A stretch of DNA of 62,585 bases, the filler included, from Bipalium vagum (taxonomy: Eukaryota): NCBI GenBank assembly GCA_037834085.1. It is 3 parts of 3 records of this genome, joined end to end, with 100 filler letters (N's around TTAATTAATTAA, not from the genome) between each part and the next. Parts side by side here need not be neighbours in the genome. Positions count along the whole stretch, not along the records: positions 1 to 17,711 come from JBBMKC010054554.1; positions 17,812 to 39,370 come from JBBMKC010235705.1; 1 more part is not named here. One strand, 5' to 3'. Below are positions 13,894 through 26,200 of the stretch, piece by piece (the stretch's first letter is position 1; every line of letters begins with the position of its first letter). A program made the translations under genes and the position numbers. The notes beneath the pieces are model-generated. The model was not told where the DNA came from, did not search any database, and saw nothing but the letters and a program-made list of their open reading frames with translations.

Positions 13894-14232
13894 ATGTTTA
13901 TGAAAGAAAAACGAAAAAATATTCAATATTTAGCTTTAAAAAACATAAAAGACAATGCTACGAAATCGTTGGATATCAATTCAAACATTTTTCATATATC
14001 ATTGAGAAAATGTAAGCCGCTTTACGAATGACAAATGGAAAATTGAGATCTAATAAATCAATTTGTTGTTTTAATTCACGTTTTAATTTCAGCACCAATC
14101 GGACTCGGATTTACACTTGGAACTATTGAATCAAAAGAAAAAGATCAAAATGAAATCTTCGTCAAGATGATTTTGGATTACAGTCCGGCTAAATATGATG
14201 GCAGATTGAGAGTGGGAGACAGAATTAAAAAG
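13894..14232 (+). CDS. PDZ-domain protein exons 1-2 (13894-14011, 14093-14232); continuation degenerate or unresolved
   Basis: Phase-1 81-nt GT-AG intron. The splice gives M...IFHISLRKSPIGLGFTLGTIESKEKDQNEIFVKMILDYSPAKYDGRLRVGDRIKK, with the GLGF loop and DGRLxxGD motif, similar in style to Par-3 PDZ2. Confidence 0.8.
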
Positions 14233-15355
14233 GTAATTAATTAATTATTCCCGATTAATATTTATGTCACTTGAAACGAAAGGTACAATATTACTTTATA
14301 ATTAAATAATTAAAAAAGATAATAATCATTTTAAAAAATAATTTTATTTATTTTTTTAATATAAATAAATAAACTTTTTAATATTACTACTACATTCCAG
14401 TAATTTTCATAATTAAATTATCCGACATTTTTATCAGATTAATCGATTCATTTTATTTATTTTATTTTATATATTATTATATTTATATATTTACATATTT
14501 ATATTATTTTTAATTTTATTTATTAATTTTATTATTTTTTTTTCACAAAATTCTATTATTTAACCTATATTATGAAAAGAAAAAAATTTAATAAATAGTC
14601 AGGAAACAATTATAATTTTTTAAACAATTATCTAATTTATTACCAATGGTATAATTCTAAAATTATTAATTAATTAATATTTCTGAATTTATATAAATTC
14701 AAAAAAATGTTCATAATTTTAACAAAAGTACAAATCTATAATTACTCCACCAGACATGGATATTAAATTAATTAACAGGAAAACAATTAAATATTTAATA
14801 AAAAATGTTTCACCAAGCTCAAATTATCGAAACTTACATTTTTTTCTGATATATTTAATTTGCACACGGAAAATGAAAAAACTAAACAAATAAATAATAA
14901 TATTTTTTTAAAAAAAATACTTCAATATTAACTTATTTATTTTTTAATATATTAATGATTAATTATATTTTATTTTATTAATATAAATAAATAAATATTA
15001 TTCATAAAATTGTCTCAAAAAAATTAACTGTAATATTTCTAGAAAAAAGTAATTATTTTAAAGAATTTTTAAAAAATTATTTTACTTCATAAAAAATTGA
15101 GATAGGAAAAATTAAAAAATAAATAAATATCATCAATGATTTTTTATTATTATTATCGGAATCTTATATTTTTTTGGAATTAATGATTATTTTTTGTATT
15201 GATTATTTTTATAATATTATTTCGATAAATATTTTTCCAATAGGATTTTTTTATATAAAACGAAATGACAAATAAAATATAATAAATATGTTATTTAATA
15301 AAATTTTATTATATAATAATGTCTATAAAAAACTAAAATATTTTTATATATTCAG

Positions 15356-15470
15356 AAATGAATTGTATCAAAAGTTATCTTCTCTGGCTTAGAGGGAAAC
15401 CTCTAAATTATTAAAAACGTTAATTCAGCTATGTCCATGAGCTTAGTAACTTTTGATAAGGAATTTTTTA
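15356..15470 (+). pseudogene. Degenerate third PDZ exon
   Basis: After ttcag: NELYQKLSSLA*RETSKLLK.../MSMSLVT resembles PDZ alphaB-betaF, but is out of phase with exon 2 and contains stops. Confidence 0.45.
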
Positions 15471-16029
15471 ATATTTTTTATTTTTTATTTTTTCGTCTAA
15501 GGCTTCTTTATTGATTATCTTTCCTCTATTCTTTATTTCACTGAAACGGTTGTATTTCTCATTTCTCATTGAAAAACACGGCATCAGCTTTTTGAAAAGC
15601 TTTGTTAAATTTCCATTTTAATTTTAAATAATTAAAAAAAAATATCTTTTTTTGTCATCGGAATTTTGTTTTAATATTTTACTATCACAGGTAATTAGAT
15701 TTGTTCTTGTAGAATGAAATCACAGTTTTTTGTTATAATTGCTTATTTCTGAAGTATTCTCTATGACAAGTGAAGAAACAGTCCTGGATATTGGAAGAAA
15801 TAATTAGTTTTGTAACCTTTTGATATTTTTCAATATAATTTAATATTTTAATTTTTGAAAATTTTCTTTGGATAAATGAAAAAATACCTTATGAGATTAA
15901 GCGGGGATGTTATAATTTATTCGACAATGTCATCAACATTCTACTAGGGCTATCACTACTGTTATTAGATTATTATCAAATACATAATTATCATAATACG
16001 GCTGCGGCTATTAGTACTAATACCACCAA

Positions 16030-16350
16030 TACCACTACTGAAAAAAAATGTTAATAGTAAAAATAATAATAAAAAAATAATAAAAAATAATAGTAAAAAT
16101 AATAATAATAAAATTTTAATAATAATTTTAATAATAGTACTAATAATAGTACTAATAATAGTAATAATAATAAACATAATAATAAACATAATAATAAACA
16201 TAATAATAAAAAAATATTAAAATATATAAAAATAATAATAATAATAATAAAAATAAAAATAATAATTTTAATAATTATAATAAACATTAAAAAAAAATTT
16301 AAAAAAAAATAATAATAATAATAAAAATAAAAAAAAAATAATAATAATAA
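16030..16350. repeat. Degenerate (AAT)n / 12-mer low-complexity array
   Basis: Units such as taataatagtac and taataataaaca, plus AAT runs. Confidence 0.9.
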
Positions 16351-17147
16351 CATATTGCAATATTATTGACCACGATCATTCCGTTTCATTTTAATGACAT
16401 AACTCTCTTCGTTAGTTTTTTCAACTGAAATGGAGGACACAAAACTCAGCAATCCATGGTTCTATTACGTTGTTGTTATGTAAAGGTTTTCTTTCAAACT
16501 GCAACAGAAAAGAAAAACCGCCAAGTCGCCCTATTGTATTTCACCGCTACGAATAAGAACACCTTACAAGTATTTCCCTGAAGTGTACTTCATTTAAGAA
16601 AATTAGGATCTTGTAAAGCTCTCAGACTTTGTTATTTCTGTAAAATAAAATAATATAAAAATAAATCAACATAAATCTGCTTTTATAGCCATGATTATTT
16701 ATTTATTGTAATACTGGCATAAGAGATGAAAGTGATATTGTTAATGAACCTTGTCCCACTGAGACTTATTATTATTGGTTTTGGTTTTTTGTCGAAAATG
16801 TGACATAAAAATAAATATATAAATAAAATGACGACTCAAATTCTATTTACATATTGAAATTTTATGTCCGCTCTTTTAATATGCGAAGCAATTAATTTTT
16901 ACTTTCAATGTCAAGAAAGATGGAATCACTGTTTGAAAGAGACACAAATTTTTAATTGTCAGATTAGGAGATTAGTTTCCCCCATGCCGGTGGCCGAACG
17001 ATTGGAAAATATGTTTTCAATATATCAGGCCTGCTTATTCTTAATTGATGAATATTAACATTAACAAGAAAAAAGTCAGCCTGCTCACGGGTTTTTTGCT
17101 TTTCGTTCAATATGGATTTGTTATTATTATTAATATTATTTTTACTA

Positions 17148-17599
17148 CAGTAGAGTTCGGTTAATATATGTAAGAGTTTAGGCGAAGAAAAGATAAGTGA
17201 GGAAGATGATGACGTTCTTGAGAGAATATTACCAACTAAAAAGGATGTTTTATTTGCATTTCAAACTATAAAGGATTATTTAAATTCTACCAAAAATCTA
17301 AAGGAAGAATATCTGAAAATTTAAGGATCTGATGATTGACTTTGAAATGAATATTGTCAAAGGACAAAAGCAATAAAAATCACTTCTATCTTAATAAATA
17401 TTGATTTTTTAAATGATTATTTATATTTTAATATTGATTTTAAAAATAATACATTTGATTTAATGTAACATACTTTATGAGCTGTTTATTGTGTAATACT
17501 GAGTTGGTGTGTAATCACCAAGTTCGACTAATCCGGTATTCGCGTATTCCGTAGAAATGTTTTCAGTTCTCAGTGATCCGGACTAGCCGAATTGTACTG
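17148..17599 (+). mobile_element. Tigger/pogo internally deleted element
   Basis: TA-cagtagagttcggttaa ... ctagccgaattgtactg-TA TIRs; interior EEDDDVLERILPTKKDVLFAFQTIKDY...KQ*KSL resembles the Tigger C-terminus. Confidence 0.8.
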
Positions 17600-17711
17600 T
17601 ATTATTTTTATAATTAATATTTTTATTATTATTACCATTTCAATTATTATTACTATTATTAATTCTATCATTATTATTACTACCAATTATAAGAATATTA
17701 TTATAAGATCG

Positions 17712-17811
17712 NNNNNNNNNNNNNNNNNNNNNNNNNNNNNNNNNNNNNNNNNNNNTTAATTAATTAANNNNNNNNNNNNNNNNNNNNNNNNNNNNNNNNN
17801 NNNNNNNNNNN
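17712..17811. other. Artificial scaffold spacer N44-TTAATTAATTAA-N44
   Basis: Exactly 100 nt with a six-frame stop linker at 17756-17767; identical construct at 39371-39470. Confidence 0.95.
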
Positions 17812-18115
17812 TATTATACATTATTTTTTTATAAAATAACAAATATTAATTATTAAAATAATATTTTTCACACATAAAAACAATATCACATACTTTAAGA
17901 ATTATAAAAATAAGGAAAGTAGGTCTTACAAAGCCCTTTCATGCAAATTAAATATCCAATTTAATATCAAACGTGAAATCAATCAAATATTTTTTAAATG
18001 TCAATTATTAATTTGGGAAAGTTGTCCTCAATCTCCATTTATTAAAATTGAAGTTTGGATTTATTTATTTTTAAAATTCGTAACTAGCATACAATTTTGT
18101 TTATTCGTGCCATGC

Positions 18116-19976
18116 CAGGGTTTCCCAACCTTTTTTGTATCGCGACCCCATTTTTGAACCGAACAAATGTTGGAGACCCCACTATATATAAAATACAATA
18201 ACAATTAATTTTACTAATAATGAGTTAACACCAGAAATGAGTTAGCAGATTTTCGTCATATAAGTGGCGAGCCGCAGAATCGTTCTGAAACTCCAAGAAT
18301 TCATTTTGCACATCATCAGGATACTGGATATATCAATGGAATCAGATATAGTAAAGCTTCTTTCTTAGTCAACTCAGGGAAATAATACACAAGCTTATTT
18401 TCAAGAGATTGAAGGTGTTTTGTGTTCTTTTTTTTAATGGACATTGGCTACGCATTTAAATTCTTCTATTATACTGGATAGTTTTCAAACATTACCATGT
18501 TTCCTGTATCCATTTTATTTCGCCAGTTTTGCAGTTTGGCTATGAATACTCTAAGATTGTCCTAAAATTCAATAATAGTTAAATCTCTTCCTTGTAATCT
18601 AAGATTCAGGATATTTTGTTGTTCTAATATATCTGATAGATGAGCGATTCTATACAACCAAGACTGATCATCAAAATATGCTGTAAATTCATATTTTCCT
18701 TGTACTTCCATAATTATTTTGATGTTTTCTTTCAACTCATAAAAACGAACGACCATATTTCCTTTTGATAACCATCGCACTTCAATAAAATAAAAAATAA
18801 CCTCGTGATCAGAGTTCATGAATGCATAATTGCTTAAAAAGACGACTGTTTATAGATCCAGATTTATGTAATTTACCATTCTGATTAAAGAATTAAGTGC
18901 CTCTTTCATTGGAGTTGAAAGAGTTTTACAAGCTAGAGCATATCGGTGAATCATGCAGTGTAAACCTTAAGCTTCAGTAGCATAATTTCTTGCTCTCTTT
19001 TGAAAAGCAGAATTGGATCCTAGCATAGCTGGAGCACCATCCGTACAAATTCCATAAACTTTTCCCAATCCAATCCATTAATTAAAAAGAAATTATTAAT
19101 CTTATTCATAATATCTTCTCCTTGAGCAGTAGATTCTAGTTGGCTACAAAATAGCAACTCTTCTTTCATTTCTTTTAAATGAATATACCTTACGAAGGCA
19201 AGCAATTGAGCACATGAAGTTATATTCGTTGATTCGTCTACCTGCAATGCAAATAAAGGTGAATTTTTAATTTCCATCAAAATTTGCTCTTCAACATTTT
19301 TAGACATATCAGCTATACGCCTTTGAATAGAATTATTGGATAAAGATATTCTTTGCATCTTTGCTTCCATACAAGCACTTAGAATCAACTTTACTATCTT
19401 TAACATGCAGGGTTTTATCAGAGTTTCTCTAATCGTATGAGGTTTTTTATGCTTGACAATACTCAATGCGACTTCATATGATGCTTGCAGTATTGATGAT
19501 TGTTCTTGACTAAATGTTCCTGTTTGGTTTATTTTTCCTTGTTTACAATAATTCTCATATCTGCGGAAAAATCGACATCCTTTTTAGAGTGCTCTAGATG
19601 TTTCGCTTGTAAATGTCTTAAAAGTTTGATGGCTTCATAGATTCTGAAGTTAAAACCACTTTAAATAGAACACACTGAGGTTTTATTTTTCCATTATTAG
19701 TTATCGATGTAAATCCATATTTGATATAATCTGGATCATATACACGTTTTCTAGTCATAGTTTGTGTTTTTTAAATAGATATGTGATTTATTATAAAATT
19801 TTTAATTACTAAATATACTTTCATGATAAGTTTAAAAAATCCTAAAATATTTGAAATATTGTCTTTACAAAATGAATAATAAAACACAAACATGCAATTT
19901 TAAATAAATTTAATTTCAAATTAATTTTTGGCGACCCCCAAAAAATACTTATCGACCCCATTTATGGGATACCCTG
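18116..19976 (-). mobile_element. hAT Buster/Charlie-type (ZBED8/SCAND3-like) transposon, inactivated
   Basis: TIR cagggtttccca vs cagggtatccca (11/12); 8-bp TSD tgccatgc/tgctatgc (nnnTAnnn); subterminal gacccc repeats. Translation: BED finger MTRKRVYDPDYIKYGF...KPQCVL, KKPHTIRETLIKP, FALQVDESTNITSCAQLLAFVRY, HCMIHRYALA, EVRWLSKG; frameshifts and C-terminal deletions. Confidence 0.95.
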
Positions 19977-20489
19977 TGCTATGCAGTCATGAGTGTTACA
20001 ATTTTCAACTAAGTTATGATTACATTGTTCACACTTTACTTTATTTCCATGTGACCATGTTACAATTTCATTATCTTCAATTATTCTGTTATCATCAAAT
20101 GAAGAAAGGAAATTAACATTATGCTTCTCAGATTTTAAATAACTATGTACTTTAAATTTTGTAGCATAAAATTCTATGAAAGTTTGATTAGGCTTTTCAT
20201 CTTTTATAAGAAATAATACACCAGACTTTATAAAATCTTAATTTATAATCCATATCTACAATAGTTTCATTGTTATCATTCATTATTAACTGCAATTCAA
20301 TTATCTTTGAAAATCTCATAGGATTGTCCTTCTTGAAAATTATTCCATTGCAAGATTATCCTCTTTGAAAACTCATCCCTTTTGAAAATAACGCTCCCTT
20401 TGTAAAAATTGTCTTCTTGAAAGAAAAATTATGTGTTCTCAGCAAATTTCTTGGAATAGCCATCTCTTTATATAGTCGTAGAGATTGGT

Positions 20490-21300
20490 CTACCATCACC
20501 GATTCCTACGCTTTGAGACAGCTATTTCCATTAGGAGCCCTTTATTTCTAACTTTGTCTCAGATAAGTTTGCAGTATTTGCATACGCAGATGATTTAGCT
20601 GTCGTTACCAACAAAATTGGAGATATACAAGACATGGTGAACAATGTGATTAATGTTATCCAGGAGTCGGGAATGACAGTCAACACCTCTAAATGCGTGT
20701 TCTTAAATTTCTCCTAGAAGAAGAACTAGCAGATAAACAACAACGACAGCCCTATTCTTAAAACTAAAGATGTGGAATAGTACAGATAGTTGGTTTAAAA
20801 TTGAACAAAACCCACGTTATACCTATGAATTAGTGACGAATCTGACGCGCAAAATAGGCAAAAGATGGTTACATCTTTGGCAGGCCGTAAAAGTCTAAAA
20901 GACTTTCTTCATTTGAATTTCATCTTTGCGTTACGTAACTAAAAAAAATGTGGTATCCTATTTAAAATGCGCCAAAAGTGAAGGTCCACACTGTGGTCTA
21001 GATTTCATTCTTAGGAAGCATCTACATGAATTATTATCACATTGGCTGTCGTTTCCAATTGGATATTTATACTTTCCACTAGATTATGGTTTACTGGGTT
21101 GTATAACAAAGCTCGGTGAATATTTGACACAGACAATCATCGGATGCTGAACAATCAAATGCTGAACCTAGCATTGGATTTTTAAAAATCTCATTCAAAC
21201 ACCACGACAACAGAAATGGACATTGACTGGTTAAACAAAGCGGAAAAAGAGATCCTTCAAAGAATTTGATTATCAAAGATAAGTATGGGTATACATATTT
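20490..21300 (+). mobile_element. Non-LTR retrotransposon RT remnant (R2/NeSL/R4-like, inferred)
   Basis: LRQLFPLG (GxRQGxPLS-like), FAYADDLAVV...IQDMVN...SGMTVNTSKC, later YLYFPLDYGLLG; many stops. Confidence 0.75.
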
Positions 21301-22769
21301 TTGATAAGTATCACAATATCAACATTACTTTTCAACTGAACAGCAAAAGTGGAATCAAAAAATCATTAAAGTTACAAATAAACTCACATTATTCAACAAT
21401 TTTTAATTCAAATGCTATGTTTGTTCTTACAGGAGGAAATCTGAGGAAAGAAGTTGGAGAATTAGGCTAACATGCAATAACTTTTTAACAATTTATTGAG
21501 AAAAGGCGCAACTAATTCAAGTTTTTAGAATCGAGGTCCTTGAAAATAGAAGTAATGAGTTTGTGGTGAATAAATCTTTGAATTACCGACATCTTGTTGC
21601 TATGCCTTGATTAATACAAACAAATGGTTGTCATGGAAACTGTAATTTAATTTATCAATTCGAAATTGACTTTAAAGTATTAAAAATAAGATTGTTTCGT
21701 AATTTCCAATATTTGGTAAGTTAAAATATTAAAATTATAGGGTCAATGGTGATATTATAATGGGTAGAATATAAGAAAAACGTAGAGACAATATTTAATG
21801 TTCAGTTATTGGTAGAGTTAAAAGTAATGCTTGATACTGATAAAATTTTTTTGAATGCAATTCCCAATGGTCAATGAATTAAAAGTTAGTTTTTATAGAA
21901 ACTCCGCAATACATATCCATAAGCTTTCTAGTGGTAATGATGAATATGAAATAGTCATCCACGATCTGTCAGTAATGATGTGTGTACTGAACTGAGGTTT
22001 GTCCTGCTTAAGCAACATCAGACCGACGATCTGTACTGAAAAAGAGCTGCAGGATTCAGACCCTAGTAATCAGCTTAAATTTATTGACTTTACTAGTTTG
22101 TCATCGAAGTTGTTCTCTACAGTTTGATCAAAATAAAATAAATCTCACAATGCGTCATAAGAACATGACTTGAGATAAAAATGTAAAAAATAGATTCAGA
22201 ATTATGTCATATAAAAGAGAAATAAATAGAGTTGATGCCTATTAGAAACACAAATCCCACGGAGAATTAATTCACACATGTAGTCTTTAATCATAAACAT
22301 AAATATATTTTTTAGGAGCAAACAATAAGACTGTTAAATATATCATTTGTCATAACTTAATTGAATATCAAGTTTTTCTTAGTAATTTTAGATTTTATAA
22401 TCAGATTTTGTTACGTATTAAAAATAAAACTTTTCACATCTTAATTTGATTTTTATATTTCTTCTGAATATTTCAGAATCATTTTTCAATAAATATTTAT
22501 AGTAAGTTTAAAATATTTTAATTTTAAGTTGAATTTAAAAATATCTTTTCATTACAAGCTGTTAATACATTTTATCAATTTAGTTATAATATTAATAAAA
22601 ATAATAAAATTAAGTAGGAGAAAAATATTTTTATTTAATTTTTAAAATATGAATATTAAGATATACATAAAATCCGCTTATTAAAATAAAAATCGTAAAT
22701 TACGGAAAAACGTTAAGTGGTGTTTGTTTAAATAATTTATTTTCTTAATCATTATTTCCGATTTTATAA

Positions 22770-23125
22770 ATGTCTGATTTACAATATATACCTCTAATTG
22801 TGATTTCAGCATTTTGGTTTTTGGTGGGTGTTGTTGGACCTATTTTAACACCCAAAGGAATGAACAGGGGGTATGAATTTTTCATTGATTATTCATTTAC
22901 TTAAATTTTAAACAGGCTAATCCAAACCATGATAATATTAACTTCAATATGCTGCTACTTATTGTAATTTTTAAACATTTTAATTTTGCTTTAATATAAA
23001 TATTATTTATTAGTTGGTTGATTATATATCTGGCTCAGCTCAATCCATTATTCGGTCCAACTTTATCAAATACCACAATCAGCTTGATGAAGTTCTATTG
23101 GAAAAATTTTTCAAATACTAATTAA
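22770..23125 (+). CDS. ATP6V0E: V-type proton ATPase V0 subunit e (86 aa; exons 22770-22870, 22916-22963, 23014-23125)
   Basis: Two GT-AG introns (45 and 50 nt) give [86 protein letters not shown], with family motifs PKGx[25 protein letters not shown] at 23124 and 23204. Confidence 0.97.
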
Positions 23126-23230
23126 TAAAAGATTTATGTGCAAGATCCGAAAGTCGACATTAAACACAAACTTAAATGGTGCTAATTATTTGATAAATGT
23201 TTTAATAAATTTTTTTAATAACGATTTCTT

Positions 23231-26200
23231 TTATTCACACATTAAATTACAATATTTCAAATGTGCTTTAATATTTCCAATGTAACAAATTCCCCACATA
23301 ATTGGCGGAGTTAACGACATTATTGTGATTGATATCGAAATTATGATAATCTTCTTGCCAATGAAATACTTTTGAAGAGATCTGAAAATGTATTGATCAA
23401 ATTCATTAATTTTAATAAATTAAAATCTATAACAGTTTAAGGTAACAAATTTTTTCTAAAAATATATTAAAAATAAAAAAAATTGACAAATTTGTCCAAA
23501 AGCAAGTAAATTACATCGTTTTCAATTTGTTCATTATCACTTATTTTACAAAGTTCAAAATCATTATAAAGGTGTTCTCTTAATTAATTTTTCACAGAGT
23601 GATGTTTATTATGGACAAAATACCAAGTTTTGCAAATTCTTTTGAGCTGGATCTGATGGAATTTGTTTAAATATAAAATGGAATCATTCAAAATATTAAT
23701 TCATTCAAAATTGGGGTTTTCATCTACAATATTTTCATTGTTTTTATTGATCTTGTAATAAATTATGATAAAAATTTTATTTCTTATTTCTATTTTTTAA
23801 AATTATTAAAATTTAGAAGTATTCGATATTTCTGGATTTTATAATAATTAATATTTAATTATTTTCAATAATTTAACACTTATTAATTCGTGATCAACAT
23901 TATTTTTTAATCTTATTATGCATCTATATGATTAAATAATATTAAAATTAAAATTTGCAATTTGGATTATTGTCAAAGTAAGTCACCAAAAGTGATAAAA
24001 TTTTCAGTGTATAAAACGTGCAAATTTTTTATAAAAATAATTATTTTTTCTTTTAATAATTAAGGCTAGAGGAAACCTATACTTTTATTATTAACGTAAT
24101 GGACAGTCGGTCAATGTCTATCGTTAAAAATAATGATAAGCCGGATGCTCTAATTGAGTTTTTCAACATATTCCCACAAAAACGGATAAAATAATAAGCA
24201 ATTTTTACGGTTTTGATATCTATTCCCACTATAGAGTATTTTAATTTTATAACAGTAAAATAACTTCGGTCAAACTGTACTTTATTTTTAAATATAATCA
24301 TTACTTTTCTAAAAATGACAATGGTGGCAGTGTTCAATATCTTTTTTTTTCTTAAATTAAAAATATCCGAAATTCAGTCTTAATAAAATAATAAAAACAA
24401 TAGATACTGATTTTGTTCTTCTGGTTTTAAATTATAATTTACAAAATTTCCATTTTTGAAGTTTTCTAAAACAATAAATCTATTGACTAAACCAAACCAG
24501 TTCTTAAAGATTATAATTTCATCAACAATTTTAAATTTTCAAAAAATTTACAGATTAAAAAATCGATTGAAGTCTTTTGTTTTCATCTACAGTACATCTT
24601 CATTTCAAACAAACACTTTCTATCAGATTAAATCTTCTCATTGGAAAAAGATTTACAAAGCTAACAAAAAGTTGCAGAGGATTTATGATTTTTTTAAATT
24701 ATAATAATTTTTAGGCTTTCAGAATGCTTGGCCTATTGAATAGCAGCTTACTTTCGGATATTTCTTCTATTTCTCTTTCCTTATTATTAATTATTAATGA
24801 GGAAATTATTTTTAAAATAATATCTAGTAAAACAATGTTACTTTATTTTTCAAGATTTGAACTGACAAACCAAAATTGATTTGGAAAAAAATTAATAAAA
24901 TCTGTCGTTTTATATAAATTCTTTGAAAATGTTTATTTATTTTCAAACAAAAGAATATTTTGCTAAAATCAAGAGGACAGTGTGATAATCAACCTCCACA
25001 ATATTGATTTTCATTGATTATAGCTAGAATAAAATATACACAACTATTACTAGTTTTAGGCTTTCTTGTCACCCTAAAATTTTAAATTTCAGATTTAGGA
25101 AAAAATTAGACTTGAATCAACGTCACGCTTCTTATTGTATGAGTCGGCAGAATTGTTAGAACTTTTTAAAAACTATGCCCTATTTAAATTATTAAACATT
25201 TTTTGTTATTATATTATACAGGATGTGTACTAAATAAGTATCAGATTTTAAAATGTAACATTGTTAAATTTCATTAAGGTAACGCTGTAAATTTTTGAAC
25301 AATGAAATAAGCACATTAAAAATTAATATTTTTCAACAGAATATCCATTACCACTCATACATTGTTGCCAGATCCTCTGGCTTCTTGGATTTTCTTGTAT
25401 AAACCTGTGTTTTTAGATATTTGAAAAGAAAGAAATCCATTAGTGAGAAACCTGTTGATCTCACGGCCCAATTAAATCACTCTGGTCTACCAATCCACTA
25501 TCCGTAAAAAATTCCAAACAAATTACGAGCAGGAGGTCCATCCTGTTCAAAAATTAATTTTGACCTTGTTCTCCGACAAATTATATATTGTTTTAAAACT
25601 GAATTCAATTTCTTTAGCAGTATTTCGTGCAGATGTCCATCGGACGTTCTTCATAAATCCGAGAAATTTTGTCATCTTTTTTTCATCAATTGATTATCTT
25701 CCAAGATTTGAAATATCACAAATAGTTCTTCCAGTTTTTAAATTTTTTACCTTACTGTTGGTATATTTTCCCATTTCAATTTTCTTAAAACTCATTGATG
25801 TAGCTGAATTTATTTGAGCCATCGGCAATACGATTTCGACGATTTCTTCATTGGCAGCATTATTCAAAATTGAATATGATGCATCTAAATGTGATTATAT
25901 AAATAACTTATTAAAACAATTAAACACTGACATAAAAATTCACAAATCCTATTTTTAACATAACATTTAAAAATAATTTTTTGAGTTGGTTTAAAATCTG
26001 ATACGTACTTTTTATACATCTTATACCGTTTATTCTCTTTTAGAGATTTTATAAAATTTACTCTTCTTATTTTGACTATTGTAAAACGTTTTTCGATTAA
26101 TACTTTTTTTTACCGAATTTTCCACTTATCATTTTCATATTTTGTGTAATGTCTAATTTAAGTATTTTCATAAGGTGATCATTTGTTGGAAACAATTTTA

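Noticed and set aside
15965-16353. Two hydrophobic minus-strand ORFs (poly-Ile/Leu/Tyr)
   Set aside because: They are translations of the AAT-rich repeat.
17756-17767. TTAATTAATTAA palindrome as a biological site
   Set aside because: Centred in an exact 100-nt N spacer and repeated at 39415; it is an assembly linker.
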